Source of the DNA: Candidatus Giovannonibacteria bacterium
GTDB taxonomy: Bacteria > Patescibacteriota > Minisyncoccia > JACPKW01 > UBA11713
Assembly: GCA_023266875.1 (NCBI GenBank)
Contig: JAHFOJ010000005.1
Span: 1-43,975 of the forward strand
DNA: 43,975 bases
Direction of reading: 5' to 3'
How positions within the stretch are numbered: the first letter of the stretch is position 1; each line of letters opens with the position of its first letter. This document shows, one piece after another, positions 7,947 through 18,155 of this stretch. The notes under the pieces were generated by a model. The model was not told where the DNA came from. It did not search any database and saw nothing but the letters and a program-made list of their open reading frames with translations. Made by a program: the position numbers and the translations under genes.

Positions 7947-9632
7947 TTAGGGGAGTTTTTCTGGTTCAGAGGCCACCACAAAAACCCGACTCCATACTTT
8001 TGAGTGAAATGCTTCGGCAAGCTCTTTGAATTCCTGATTTCCAAGCCGCCAAAGTATGATGCCTCCGAGCAAAAGCCCAAGCACGCCAGAGATGAACCCT
8101 TGCAAAAAAATTCCCAAAAATGTTTCAAGATTCAGGATCATTGAAAGCGGCTTGAGCGCGAGATAAACGGAGATGCCAATAAACACACTCGCGGTCAGAG
8201 TGTCCCGAAGAGAGCGCGATAAAACATTATCGCCAAAACTTCCGAAGATTTTTCTAAAATGCCACAATAGTAAGCCTACATTAATCAAACTGCCTAAAGA
8301 TATTGCCAAAGGCAATATGAGAATGGCCGACTGTGAAATATCGCCTACTCTTAGAAAACCAGAAAACCAAGATTGAAACGCCGGAGAATGATTAAACAAA
8401 GAAAGCAGCCAAAACGCGCTGGCTATGGTAGAGACAGACGCAATGATGTTTATGAGAACAGGCAAAAAAGTGTGTCCTGCCGCATAAAAAGCGCGAACCA
8501 AAAGATAGACCAAGCCCTGCGCAAGAATAGAAAGCGAAAATAATAAAAGCGAGGCAGCAGTGAGGCGAGTATCAAGCCAAGAGAACGCGCCCGCGCCCAA
8601 AATAACCCGGACAATTTGCGCGCGAAGCACTATAAATAAAACAGTCGCGGGAAGTGACCAAAATACAATGTGCCGGAGCGTGAGCAAAAAATATTTTAAA
8701 AAATCTTTTTTGTCTTCTTTGGCGAATGAAGCGGCAAGAGTGGGGAAAGCGGAGACGCTGTAGGATAGGCCGATCACCGTGAGCGGAACTGACTGCAAAT
8801 TAGATGCAAGATTAAAGATTGAAACCGCACCAACGCCTAAGGTTGACCCAATCGCCGTCAAAATAGTTAAAACAATCTGATTTAACGAGAGACCAAGGGT
8901 ACGCGGAGCGGAAAGCTTCAGCGCTTCGCGCATATCATCATTAAAACGCGGCAAATTCAGACGCAATTTAAAACCGAGCGAAATCGCGCTTGGGAGCTGG
9001 ACTGCGAGATGCAAGAACGCTCCAATCACTACACCCCAAACAATGCCGCTAATTCCATATCTGGGCAGAAGATATATAATCCCAATAATAATCCCCAAAT
9101 TATAGAGAAGTGGCGAAAGCGCATAGATATAGAAACGCCGGAAAGATTGAATTACCGAGGAAACAAGATTTGAAAGCCCTAAAAAAAGAGGAGAGAGAAG
9201 CAAAATCCGAGAAAGCAGGATAACTTGAGCCCGATCAGCTCCCGAAAAACCGGGCGCGGCTAAGGAAATTAGGTGCGGCATTAAAAAATACGCGAGAATT
9301 ACTAGCGCCAGCACTGCAAATGTGAAAAAAGAAAAAATATTTGATAAAAACTCTTCTCCTTTTCTGTCGCTCTCTTTAAATTTATCAAGGATGATCGGGA
9401 TCAAAGCAGTGGAGGCCGCAAAAAATAGCGAGAGTGTGTAGACAAAATCCGGCACGCGAAACGAGACATAATACAAATCGAGAGTGCGGGATGCTCCAAA
9501 ATGCGCGGCGAGCAATCGATCACGGAGTAACGCTAAAATATCGGCCAGAATTCCGGAGATGGCGAGCAAAAAGGCGGCCTGATGGACGCCCTTTTGCTCC
9601 TGCGAAAAAAAATAAAGAATATTTTTGACCAT
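7947..9632 (-). CDS. murJ: Lipid II flippase MurJ (MviN)
   Basis: LLRDRLLAAHFGA, FRVPDFVY, SAFPTLA, RAFYA; about 14 TM segments. Confidence 0.93.
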   Translation of the reverse strand: MVKNILYFFSQEQKGVHQAAFLLAISGILADILALLRDRLLAAHFGASRTLDLYYVSFRVPDFVYTLSLFFAASTALIPIILDKFKESDRKGEEFLSNIFSFFTFAVLALVILAYFLMPHLISLAAPGFSGADRAQVILLSRILLLSPLFLGLSNLVSSVIQSFRRFYIYALSPLLYNLGIIIGIIYLLPRYGISGIVWGVVIGAFLHLAVQLPSAISLGFKLRLNLPRFNDDMREALKLSAPRTLGLSLNQIVLTILTAIGSTLGVGAVSIFNLASNLQSVPLTVIGLSYSVSAFPTLAASFAKEDKKDFLKYFLLTLRHIVFWSLPATVLFIVLRAQIVRVILGAGAFSWLDTRLTAASLLLFSLSILAQGLVYLLVRAFYAAGHTFLPVLINIIASVSTIASAFWLLSLFNHSPAFQSWFSGFLRVGDISQSAILILPLAISLGSLINVGLLLWHFRKIFGSFGDNVLSRSLRDTLTASVFIGISVYLALKPLSMILNLETFLGIFLQGFISGVLGLLLGGIILWRLGNQEFKELAEAFHSKVWSRVFVVASEPEKLP

Positions 9633-9659
9633 TCGTGCCTTCAGCTTAAGCCCATGCGG

Positions 9660-12041
9660 TTATTCCGCCGGGCTCGTCTTTTTTGGAGAAATTTCCGGCA
9701 GAGGCGGGGTTTTTCTTTTCTCCGGACTCGGCTCAGGCGGCGAAATCCCATTTAGAGCATTTTTGCCCGAACTTATATTTGAAATAATTTTTTCTATTTC
9801 CGCATTGCCCGGATTTAGCTCAAGAATTTTTTTAAATTCGGAAAGTGCCTTTTCGTTATCCTTCGCTCTCGCGTATAGAAGTCCGAGAAAGTATCTTGCG
9901 TTTGAATAATTTTTATTAAGCTTTACTGCCGCTTCAAATACGGCTTGAGACTCAGAATAGCGCCCGGCCTGATAGTAGAGAAGCCCCAACTGAAATAACG
10001 CACCGATATCGTTTGGAGCAAGAATTACAGTATTTTCAGCGGAAGTGATGGCCTTTGTAAGGTTGCCTAAATTAACTTCGGTTTGCGCCAGTAAAAAATG
10101 CGCGGGCGCATAATCCTTTTTTAGCGCAATCGATTTTACCAAAAATTCCTTAGTTAATTTTAAGCTTGGGTTCGCGCTCGCGAGCTCGACCCTAGCTTCG
10201 GCTAAATACGGCTCGGGATTCGTAGGAAAGCGCTTAAACGCCTCTTCATAAGAATTCTTCGCGAAATCTGCCGAGCCCTGAACTTGAAGAGGAACAACCG
10301 CTTCGTAAACCCTGCCTATATTTATCCAGTTTGCAGGATCTGTGGGATTAAGCGCGATCGCTTGCTGGGCATTCTGAATTACGCTCGATAATGTGGCTTG
10401 AAACTCCGCCCTAAGCTCATCTCGCGTAAGTCCAGTCCTATTAACAGCGAGACTTAGGCGAATCAATCCAAGATCGGTCAGCGTGCGATAATATCGGTCT
10501 TCCGGTCGAATCGCCACCGCGTCGTTTAAATGTTTTTCAGCTCGGTCATAGTTGCCGCGCGAAAGCGCTTCCGCGCCCTTCGCGTAAATAATCGCGCCAT
10601 AATAATTTTCGCCTAAAACATAAAACCATGCGACGCCGAGCACAATCATGAAAATTGTGGCGAGGGCGGTGATGAAGCTCGTTGTGGAACGTTCAAATAT
10701 TGAAATATTTTTTACCGGCAAAACCCCCGCGGAAGATGCGAGCCCGACAAACATGCCAGACAAAACCGACGCGAGAAAAATGCTGAAAAATCCTAAGGGA
10801 TATATGAACGCAAATACCCACAAATAGGCTGCTCCAAGAAAACTTGCCGCCGCGAGAAACGACGTCTGGCTTTCTGATAAAACCAAGACCTTAAATCCGT
10901 ACCAAAAGAAAAAAATGAAAAGCGCGAGCAAGGCGAGCGCCCCTAAGGCGCCGGTTTCAGCAATCAAAGTTGGGATATAGCCGACGCCTGTAACAAATCT
11001 CACTTGCCAGAAAGGAGTTGCCGTAATATCCGAAGAACGATACAAAAACCAATCATAAAGAAATGTATTGGGCCCCGTGCCCAAAAGGAAATTATGCTTA
11101 AGCGAGCCCGCTATCACATCTCCGGTCGCAGCCCAAGACGGCCTAACCTCTATAAATTGGATGCCGGAACTTGTAGCAATTTTTGCAACCAGAGGCGCTG
11201 CCAATATGAAAAAAATGACTATAATAAGCGCGCCGAAAGGCAGGCGGAAAACCGATCTGGTGTCGCGAGAGCGAGAATAAAGATAAGCCAAGAACACGAT
11301 CAAGAATGCCGCAAGCACCCACCAAGTCGGGCCGTAATTTACTACAACAGTTAACACTAATGAGACTGCAAAAATGATACCGGAAAAAATCTTAAAGCCA
11401 GACTTCGGAAGATAATTGAAAAAAGTAAGCGACAATAGCATAATGAGACTTGAAAAAATGCCCAGTTCATTCCAAGATCCCAAGAGATTCGCGGTCTTAT
11501 CACGACCAATCCAGTTCAAGAAACTTATATTAAAAAAGGTCTGGAAAATTTGATAGGCCGCGATTACGGCAAACGACAAGAAAAGGGCTAAAAATGCTTT
11601 TAAGCTTTTGTCGTCATTGCCGAGTATAAGCGAAGTCAATACAAGCGAAACTGCGAAAAATAGTATCGAGCTTAGCGCCGTTGCTTCCTGCCCAAGGCCT
11701 AAAAATGATGACGCTCTAGAAACTGAAAAGAGCGCAGAAAGCAAAGATGCCAAAACTATTCCAGCGACGGACGGGAAAAGCCAGTTTTTAGAAATTTTGA
11801 GCCAGCCATCCTTAAGAATCGATATCAGAAATAATATGCCCGCGATGATTATTAAAAAATACGCCAAGTAACTCTTGTTTAATTCGATGGGGAAGATTGT
11901 AAACTTCAAAGTCCAAAGCGGCGCGAAGAAAATTACCAAATAAAAAATCCATTCGGACGCTTTCGCCCACAAAGAATAATTGCTTAATCCAGAGAACATG
12001 CCAGAAATCTGCTTTGTGACTGATGCATTATTTGATTCCAT
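9660..12041 (-). CDS. Polytopic membrane protein (O-antigen ligase/Wzy_C-like) with C-terminal TPR repeats
   Basis: About 12 TM segments, LLGTGPNTF and AETGALG motifs, followed by TPR-like repeats (ALFQLGLLYYQAG, ARYFLGLLY). Confidence 0.75.
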   Translation of the reverse strand: MESNNASVTKQISGMFSGLSNYSLWAKASEWIFYLVIFFAPLWTLKFTIFPIELNKSYLAYFLIIIAGILFLISILKDGWLKISKNWLFPSVAGIVLASLLSALFSVSRASSFLGLGQEATALSSILFFAVSLVLTSLILGNDDKSLKAFLALFLSFAVIAAYQIFQTFFNISFLNWIGRDKTANLLGSWNELGIFSSLIMLLSLTFFNYLPKSGFKIFSGIIFAVSLVLTVVVNYGPTWWVLAAFLIVFLAYLYSRSRDTRSVFRLPFGALIIVIFFILAAPLVAKIATSSGIQFIEVRPSWAATGDVIAGSLKHNFLLGTGPNTFLYDWFLYRSSDITATPFWQVRFVTGVGYIPTLIAETGALGALALLALFIFFFWYGFKVLVLSESQTSFLAAASFLGAAYLWVFAFIYPLGFFSIFLASVLSGMFVGLASSAGVLPVKNISIFERSTTSFITALATIFMIVLGVAWFYVLGENYYGAIIYAKGAEALSRGNYDRAEKHLNDAVAIRPEDRYYRTLTDLGLIRLSLAVNRTGLTRDELRAEFQATLSSVIQNAQQAIALNPTDPANWINIGRVYEAVVPLQVQGSADFAKNSYEEAFKRFPTNPEPYLAEARVELASANPSLKLTKEFLVKSIALKKDYAPAHFLLAQTEVNLGNLTKAITSAENTVILAPNDIGALFQLGLLYYQAGRYSESQAVFEAAVKLNKNYSNARYFLGLLYARAKDNEKALSEFKKILELNPGNAEIEKIISNISSGKNALNGISPPEPSPEKRKTPPLPEISPKKTSPAE

Positions 12042-12153
12042 GTTTTGATTGTATTGTTAATTAAATAATATAATATTAACCAATATATAACAGTCGGCCT
12101 GCAAACGCCAGTACTTTCATCTATCAAAAAAATTGTAAACCAATAAACAAATA

Positions 12154-12363
12154 ATGTCGAGAAAAAAAGTAAAATACATGACAATTAAAGAGGCGGCAGA
12201 CTTTCTGAAAACTAGCATTTCAACATTGCGCTCTTGGGACAAAAGTAAAATTTTGAAAGCGCGGAGGGGCAAGGGAAACGCATACCGCCTTTATTCTATA
12301 ACAGAATTACAAAAATTCAGGGAAAGCCACAAACGCAAATATAATAAAACGAAGAAAGATTAA
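12154..12363 (+). CDS. Small MerR/excisionase-type HTH DNA-binding protein
   Basis: MTIKEAADFLKTSISTLRSWDK..GNAYRLYS. Confidence 0.8.
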   Translation: MSRKKVKYMTIKEAADFLKTSISTLRSWDKSKILKARRGKGNAYRLYSITELQKFRESHKRKYNKTKKD

Positions 12364-12375
12364 GAAAACCAAAAA

Positions 12376-12394
12376 TCGGCCCTTTAGGGGCCGA
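12376..12394. terminator. Hairpin between the convergent HTH gene and rnpB
   Basis: TCGGCCC-TTTAG-GGGCCGA; followed by a U-run on the minus strand. Confidence 0.6.
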
Positions 12395-12408
12395 CTGATG
12401 GCAATATT

Positions 12409-12836
12409 GATGCGCCTGTAAGCCGAATTCTGTCCCGCCTACTTGCGTTGAGCTCGTGGCGGGGATGATCATTTATCTGTCCGAATCGTTGCCGAGTCGG
12501 ATCAAGCGGCACTCCCAGCCGTAGTTTGAAACCGAACAATTTCCAAAGAAAAAATTTATTTTAACTCCGTTTCAAACTACGGCTGGGCACGGCCTTGCAC
12601 CAGGTAGGGTTTTCCGCATTACGCTGTTGCCAACGTAACGAGTCGCCTTAAGCGACACTTTTCACCTTTTGTCTTGGTAAATTCCAAAACTAGTATTGTC
12701 TCTGTGGCACTTTCCGTCTTTGAGTTTTACCTCAAAGCGTGGCTGTTAGCCACTACCTTTGGCTCGTTTGTAACCAAACGAGGGTGTTCGGACTTTCCTC
12801 CCCGATTTTTCAATTGGAGCGACCACCCAACGCATC
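12409..12836 (-). ncRNA. rnpB: RNase P RNA
   Basis: Minus strand GAGGAAAGTCCG, AGTGCCACAGA, AAACCC..GCAAG, ACAGAATTCGGCTTA; P1 GATGCG/CGCATC; TTGATT-17-TATAAT promoter directly upstream. Confidence 0.97.
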
Positions 12837-12975
12837 TTTATTAATTATACTTTTAAAATCCATAAAAATCAAACTCAAATCTAAAACGCAATTTGGTCAC
12901 AATAACTTGCATTAATATACTGCCATCCATTACTATATAAGCCAGAGATCTTTCTCAAGAAAGGGGGTGAGAAGC

Positions 12976-13350
12976 ATGAATAGCTATAAAAAGCTGACCT
13001 TAGCGCTTTTGTCCGCGGTATTGGTTTCATTTTTACTGTCCTCGCCGACGCAAGCCCAGCAGGTCCAGGTTCCGGATCAAGTATTGAAAACAGTCGGATA
13101 TATCGACCTAGCGCCGGTTTCTTGGGCAAATCAAGGAGTGGCTCGTGCCGGCGGCCGCTTGGCGCTTTGGTGGATCCCGGTGTCACAAGATTTGGTCATG
13201 AAAGGAGTTGTGGCACCGATCGCAGAGATGCGTGAGAAACCGCTATCGTCGGGCGCCAAAGTGCTGACATGGCCACTTTGGGTTAGCGCGGTCGGACTGC
13301 AGTCGCTAGGTAAAGTGCTAGGCGACGCATACGACGATGTAAGTAAATAA
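12976..13350 (+). CDS. Hypothetical secreted or membrane protein
   Basis: SD-like AAGGGGGTG before ATG 12976, signal peptide ending TQA, hairpin downstream. Confidence 0.7.
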   Translation: MNSYKKLTLALLSAVLVSFLLSSPTQAQQVQVPDQVLKTVGYIDLAPVSWANQGVARAGGRLALWWIPVSQDLVMKGVVAPIAEMREKPLSSGAKVLTWPLWVSAVGLQSLGKVLGDAYDDVSK

Positions 13351-13371
13351 AGTTCAGCCCCCGCGTGAATA

Positions 13372-13401
13372 ATGGCCGGAACGCATTAGCGTTCCGGCCA
13401 T
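13372..13401. terminator. Perfect 13-bp hairpin between convergent genes
   Basis: ATGGCCGGAACGC-ATTA-GCGTTCCGGCCAT. Confidence 0.7.
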
Positions 13402-13414
13402 ACCCTTTTAAAAT

Positions 13415-13618
13415 CTAATATTCAATTCCTCGCCGCGCTTTTTTGCCTTCGTTATATAAATGCTTCACTTCTTTTATTTCCGAGACTATATCAGCTATTT
13501 CAATCAATTCTTGCGGCGCGTCTCTGCCGGTTAAAATCAAGTCTATTTTTTTGCCTAACTTAACCGCGCGAAAAACCCATCCGTCTACTTTCCTAATTCT
13601 CAAAACCCAAGTTTTCAT
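13415..13618 (-). pseudogene. Chimeric ORF: unrelated N-terminus (ASCH-domain-like start) fused to a duplicate of the CobO C-terminus
   Basis: The last 43 aa match the end of 14311..14829 at 40/43 positions; the first 24 aa are unrelated. Confidence 0.7.
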
Positions 13619-13690
13619 AATTTATTATCTAGACGCAATAATTTTAAAATGATACCTTGTTCTTAGAAAAATCGGAAGGAGAACATTAAC

Positions 13691-14239
13691 ATGTTTATGA
13701 CAGAATCGGTAGCCAAAAATATAGGCCATGGCTCAGAAAAGCCCTCGTGGGAAAAAGATATTAACCAAGCGTTTCTAGGCGTTTTTATATACACTCGTTT
13801 GCGCAAAGTCATGCACGGCAAAAGCACCAAAGAAGAACAAGAATATCTCAGGAAAGCACTGGATTTTTTCAAGAGCGCCCAAGAAGGATACCAAATACTC
13901 ACAACTAAGAACCATGCAACCATTTCAAAAGCTTTTTTCCGCTCCGACAAAGCAATGGACAATTTAAGCATTATCTTTGAGATATTGACACAGTGCCAGC
14001 AGGATCAGTGTTTCGTCCACGACAAAGACTTTGAAGCCGGGCGGCGAGAACTCTTCGAACTCGCCGCAAAAGAAAATGGAACAAGCGACCTCTTGGAAAA
14101 ATGTATTTCAACGCTTGAAGCAATTCTGGAGGAACGCCCCATAAAACCTTCTGACGTTGCTTTACCGGCTTTTTTCTTCAAGGTATTTTACAAAGAAGCG
14201 CACACGCGACTTTCATATCCAAGAAACGGCTGCTTCTAA
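13691..14239 (+). CDS. Hypothetical protein
   Basis: AAGGAG SD, 182-aa ORF, downstream terminator; no family recognised. Confidence 0.7.
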   Translation: MFMTESVAKNIGHGSEKPSWEKDINQAFLGVFIYTRLRKVMHGKSTKEEQEYLRKALDFFKSAQEGYQILTTKNHATISKAFFRSDKAMDNLSIIFEILTQCQQDQCFVHDKDFEAGRRELFELAAKENGTSDLLEKCISTLEAILEERPIKPSDVALPAFFFKVFYKEAHTRLSYPRNGCF

Positions 14240-14265
14240 AATATTAACAACCCAACAAAAAATTC

Positions 14266-14302
14266 GGCCGGTGAGTCGTGTAAGACTCGCCGGCTGTTTT
14301 TT
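14266..14302 (+). terminator. Intrinsic terminator
   Basis: GCCGGTGAGTC..GACTCGCCGGC followed by a T-run. Confidence 0.75.
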
Positions 14303-14310
14303 ATTAAATT

Positions 14311-14829
14311 TTAATATTCAATTCCTCGCCGCGCTTTTTTGCCTTCGTTATATAAATGCTTCACTTCTTTTACTTCTGAGACTGTGTCGGCTATTTCAAT
14401 CAATTCCTTAGGCGCATCTCTCCCGGTTAAAATTAAATCTATTTTTCTTGCCCAGCATTCTTCGGCAAATTTTAAAACTTTTTCAAGCTTAATTAAATTT
14501 AGCGCGAGCGCGTTATTTATTTCATCCAAAATAATCATGTTCCATCGGCCAGACTGAAGTTCAGAAAATGCTTCATCCAAAGTTTTCTCGGCGGCTTTTT
14601 CGTGCTCGGCGCGCGGAAGCTTATCGCCCAAAATTCCGACAAAACCCAAACCGCCTTTTCGAAGCTCGAACCCCTTAGGCCAAATTTCTTTATTATCCTC
14701 CCCCGACTTCCAAGGCCCTTTGATAAACTGAAAAATTAAAACTCGCTTCCCGTCGCCAACAGACCGAAAAGCCTGTCCCAAAGCGGATGTTGTTTTACCT
14801 TTTCCGTTACCTGTGATAACTATGAGCAT
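14311..14829 (-). CDS. cobO: ATP:corrinoid adenosyltransferase (CobO/BtuR)
   Basis: TGNGKGKTTSALG, QFIKG, ILDEIN, LTGRDAP, GIEY. Confidence 0.95.
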   Translation of the reverse strand: MLIVITGNGKGKTTSALGQAFRSVGDGKRVLIFQFIKGPWKSGEDNKEIWPKGFELRKGGLGFVGILGDKLPRAEHEKAAEKTLDEAFSELQSGRWNMIILDEINNALALNLIKLEKVLKFAEECWARKIDLILTGRDAPKELIEIADTVSEVKEVKHLYNEGKKARRGIEY

Positions 14830-14881
14830 GGACTTTATTTTAACATCGTGCTACATTGTTGAAAACTTGAAAGGAGTATAT

Positions 14882-15286
14882 ATGGGCAGAAAAAGATCTG
14901 CAGACAAATTCAGAGAGAACAGAGAACTCATTGCACAACTGATTGTCGAGGGAATAAAGAGGTCTGGAAGAACAGCAACAGAAATTTGCCGAGAAGCAGG
15001 AGTCGACCCAACATATCTTTCGAAAGTTAAAAAGGGCACTAAGAGTTTCGGCCGGGCTAAAATAAGCGCTTTCGCAAGAGTTCTCGAGATACCAATAGAC
15101 AAGCTGGAGGAGGCTGCGGGCTACAAAATCGAGAATAGAGATATACTGAAAATGCCGTTATCGGAAATAATCTCTACTTGGACGGCGTTCGATCGTTACG
15201 GGATAACAAGAGAACATCTCGCACGAATCAGAAATGATCCGGAATTCGCAAAAACGATCGCCCAAACATTTCGATTGCTGTCATAA
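14882..15286 (+). CDS. XRE-family HTH protein
   Basis: AAGGAG SD before MGRKRS; HTH TATEICREAGVDPTYLSKVKKG..EAAGY. Confidence 0.75.
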   Translation: MGRKRSADKFRENRELIAQLIVEGIKRSGRTATEICREAGVDPTYLSKVKKGTKSFGRAKISAFARVLEIPIDKLEEAAGYKIENRDILKMPLSEIISTWTAFDRYGITREHLARIRNDPEFAKTIAQTFRLLS

Positions 15287-15377
15287 AACCAACCCAAATA
15301 AAAACCTGCCGTCAGGAAAACCTGCTCCGGCGGGTTTTCCTTATTAAAGTGAGAAATATATTTTTTTAGAGCAAATT

Positions 15378-18155
15378 TTATGAGCAGCTCCCCAAATTCT
15401 CTCCGCAGGAGGGACACGTGTAGCAGGAACCAGTTCTGACCATTATCGCCCCGCATCGGCAGGCTGGGGCGTCAGAGAACGAGAATGTTATCGGGCTTTG
15501 TAGAATATTTGCTGAAACAGTTTGCGCCCTAGTCCCTTCAGTTTTAACTTCCGCGGGCGCGTCTGCGACGTGGCCATTTTCTTCCAAATTTTGCGTCGTA
15601 TAAATCCCCATCGCCATCTGATCTTCTACAGACAAGAATTTTATCGCGAGAAATTTTGATATGTAATCCAAAATGGATTTAGCAACCATAATATCTGGAT
15701 TATCTGTGTACCCCGCAGGCTCGAAGCGGGAATGAATCGTCTTTTTTATTAAAGTTTTTACCGGCACGCCGTATTGTAGAGAAACAGACATCAAAATTCC
15801 GATAGAGTCCAAGAGCCCTGAGATTGTTGACCCTTCTTTAGCCATGCGGATAAATATTTCACCGAGCTTCCCATCGTCATATACCCCGTAGTGAATATAG
15901 CCTTCGTGCCCCGCTACTGAAAATTTGTGCCGTCCGGATTTCACATCTGCCGGCAAGCGCCTGCGCCCATCCTCTTCGCGCATCGGATCTTTCGCTTTGA
16001 CTTCGTCTACGGCTTTCTCATTCTCAATTTTCTTTTTGCCGGTGTTGAGCGGTTGCGATCCTTTTGAGCCATCACGATAAATCGCGATGGCTTTAAGGCC
16101 AAGCCGCCATGATTCCATATAAACGTTAGCAACGTCTTCAAGCGTCACAGACGCTGGAAGATTTACAGTTTTTGAAATTGCGCCAGAAATGAATGGCTGT
16201 GCTGCAGCCATCATGCGAACATGGCCCATATAATGAATCGCGCGCAGGCCTGAAGGCGCATGCACGGCGCAATCAAAAACCGCAAGATCTTTATCTTTCA
16301 GATGCGGTGCGCCCTCGATTGTGTCATTCGACAAAATATATTCCGTGATTTCTTTCACGTCCGGATCTGAATATCCAAGATTTTTCAAAGCTTGCTCCAC
16401 AGTCCGGTTTATCATTTTCAAGAATCCCCCGCCCACCAATTTTTTATAAGTAATGAGTGAGAAAGCCGGCTCCACGCCGGTCGTGTCGCAATCCATCATA
16501 AATGAAATTGTTCCGGTCGGGGCAAGCACTGTCGCCTGCGAATTTCTGATGCCGTAAATTTTTCCGCGCTCATACGCCATCGTCCAGCATAAATTCGCCG
16601 CATCCCAAACCGCTTTGGGTAAATATTCTTTTGAAATTTTCTTGGCTTCATCGCCGTGCATACGCAAAACATTTAACATCGGCTCTCTATTTTTTTCAAA
16701 TCCATTGAACGGGCTTACCGCTTCGGCAACGTAAGTTGACGTGACATATGCCTCTCCGGTCATTATCGAGGTGATAGCACCTGCCCAAGCGCGTCCAGCA
16801 TCGGAATCGTATGGAAGTCCCTTAAACATTAGAAATGCTCCGAGGTTCGCATAGCCCAAGCCTAATTCGCGGTAATTTGTGGCGTTCTTCCCGATTTCTT
16901 CTGTCGGATATGAAGAATGCCCAACGATGATGTCTTGCGCAATTATGAAAATTTTTACTGTATGCCGGAAACCCTCTATGTCAAAATTTTCTTTTTCGTC
17001 GAGAAAGCGCATCAAATTGATCGAGGCAAGGTTGCATGCGGAATTATCCAAATGCATATATTCCGAGCATGGGTTTGATCCGTTGATGCGCCCGGTATTT
17101 GAGCAGGTGTGCCACTTATTTATAGTTGTATCAAACTGCATTCCAGGATCGGCGCAGTGCCATGCGGCATCCGAGATTAATTGCATCAAATCTTTCGCCC
17201 GAACGCGCTCAACTGCTTCCCCGGTTTTCACCATTTTCAATTCCCAAGAACCATCATCCTCGACAGCGCGCATAAACTCGTCCGTGGCGCGGACGGAATT
17301 ATTCGCATTCTGGAAAAATACGTTCCCGTAAATTTCCCCATCAATCGCGTCGTCGTAACCAATTTGGATAAGCGCCTTTGCTTTTTCTTCTTCCTTCCAT
17401 TTGCACAAAATAAAATCTCTGATGTCCGGATGATCGGCATTCAAAATTACCATTTTTGCCGCACGACGATTCTTGCCGCCAGACTTAATCGTTCCCGCAA
17501 TCGCATCAGCGCCTTTCATGAATGACACGGGTCCGGATGCTTTGCCTTTGCGCCCGAGAGTCTCCCGCGAAGAACGGATCGCCGAGAGATTCGCCCCGGC
17601 ACCCGAACCGCCGGAAAAAATAAAAAGTTCCGTGCGATACCAATCAGAAATTGATTCTTTTGTGTCTTCAACTTTCAAAATGAAACAAGCCGAGCACTGC
17701 GGCTTTGCTTCTACCCCTACGTTGAACCAAACCGGGGAATTAAATGAGCCCTTTTGGCTTACTAAGATGTGGGTCAATTCTTCGTTGAAAACTTTAGCAT
17801 CTTTATCTGACACAAAATAGCCGGATTCCTTGCCCCAAGCGGTTATTGTGTCAGAAACGCGGGATATTAGCTCTTTTGCCGAAGATTCCCGACCAGCATG
17901 CCCAACATGCCCGGAGAAATATTTCTCCGCGACAATATCGCATGCGGTCTGCGACCAAAAACTGGGGACTTCAACATCGTTTTGTTCAAAAACAATTTCG
18001 CCTTTAGCATTTTTAATTAAGGCGCGGCGTTTCTCCCAACGAAACTGGTCAAAAGGATGGATGTCATCTTTTGAAAAGAAGCGCTTGAGAGAAATGCCCT
18101 TCCCTAAATTAGAAGAAATTCCGGGGAGAGCTTTAGTTAAAACCTCGGGAGACAT
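15378..18155 (-). CDS. nrdJ: Class II (adenosylcobalamin-dependent) ribonucleotide reductase with C-terminal TSCPD-like and Cys-rich tail
   Basis: FNSPVWFNVG, PQCSACFI, SNPCSEY, ACNLASINL, APTGTISFMMDCDTTGVEP, ISKTVN, YRDGSK. Confidence 0.96.
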   Translation of the reverse strand: MSPEVLTKALPGISSNLGKGISLKRFFSKDDIHPFDQFRWEKRRALIKNAKGEIVFEQNDVEVPSFWSQTACDIVAEKYFSGHVGHAGRESSAKELISRVSDTITAWGKESGYFVSDKDAKVFNEELTHILVSQKGSFNSPVWFNVGVEAKPQCSACFILKVEDTKESISDWYRTELFIFSGGSGAGANLSAIRSSRETLGRKGKASGPVSFMKGADAIAGTIKSGGKNRRAAKMVILNADHPDIRDFILCKWKEEEKAKALIQIGYDDAIDGEIYGNVFFQNANNSVRATDEFMRAVEDDGSWELKMVKTGEAVERVRAKDLMQLISDAAWHCADPGMQFDTTINKWHTCSNTGRINGSNPCSEYMHLDNSACNLASINLMRFLDEKENFDIEGFRHTVKIFIIAQDIIVGHSSYPTEEIGKNATNYRELGLGYANLGAFLMFKGLPYDSDAGRAWAGAITSIMTGEAYVTSTYVAEAVSPFNGFEKNREPMLNVLRMHGDEAKKISKEYLPKAVWDAANLCWTMAYERGKIYGIRNSQATVLAPTGTISFMMDCDTTGVEPAFSLITYKKLVGGGFLKMINRTVEQALKNLGYSDPDVKEITEYILSNDTIEGAPHLKDKDLAVFDCAVHAPSGLRAIHYMGHVRMMAAAQPFISGAISKTVNLPASVTLEDVANVYMESWRLGLKAIAIYRDGSKGSQPLNTGKKKIENEKAVDEVKAKDPMREEDGRRRLPADVKSGRHKFSVAGHEGYIHYGVYDDGKLGEIFIRMAKEGSTISGLLDSIGILMSVSLQYGVPVKTLIKKTIHSRFEPAGYTDNPDIMVAKSILDYISKFLAIKFLSVEDQMAMGIYTTQNLEENGHVADAPAEVKTEGTRAQTVSANILQSPITFSFSDAPACRCGAIMVRTGSCYTCPSCGENLGSCS

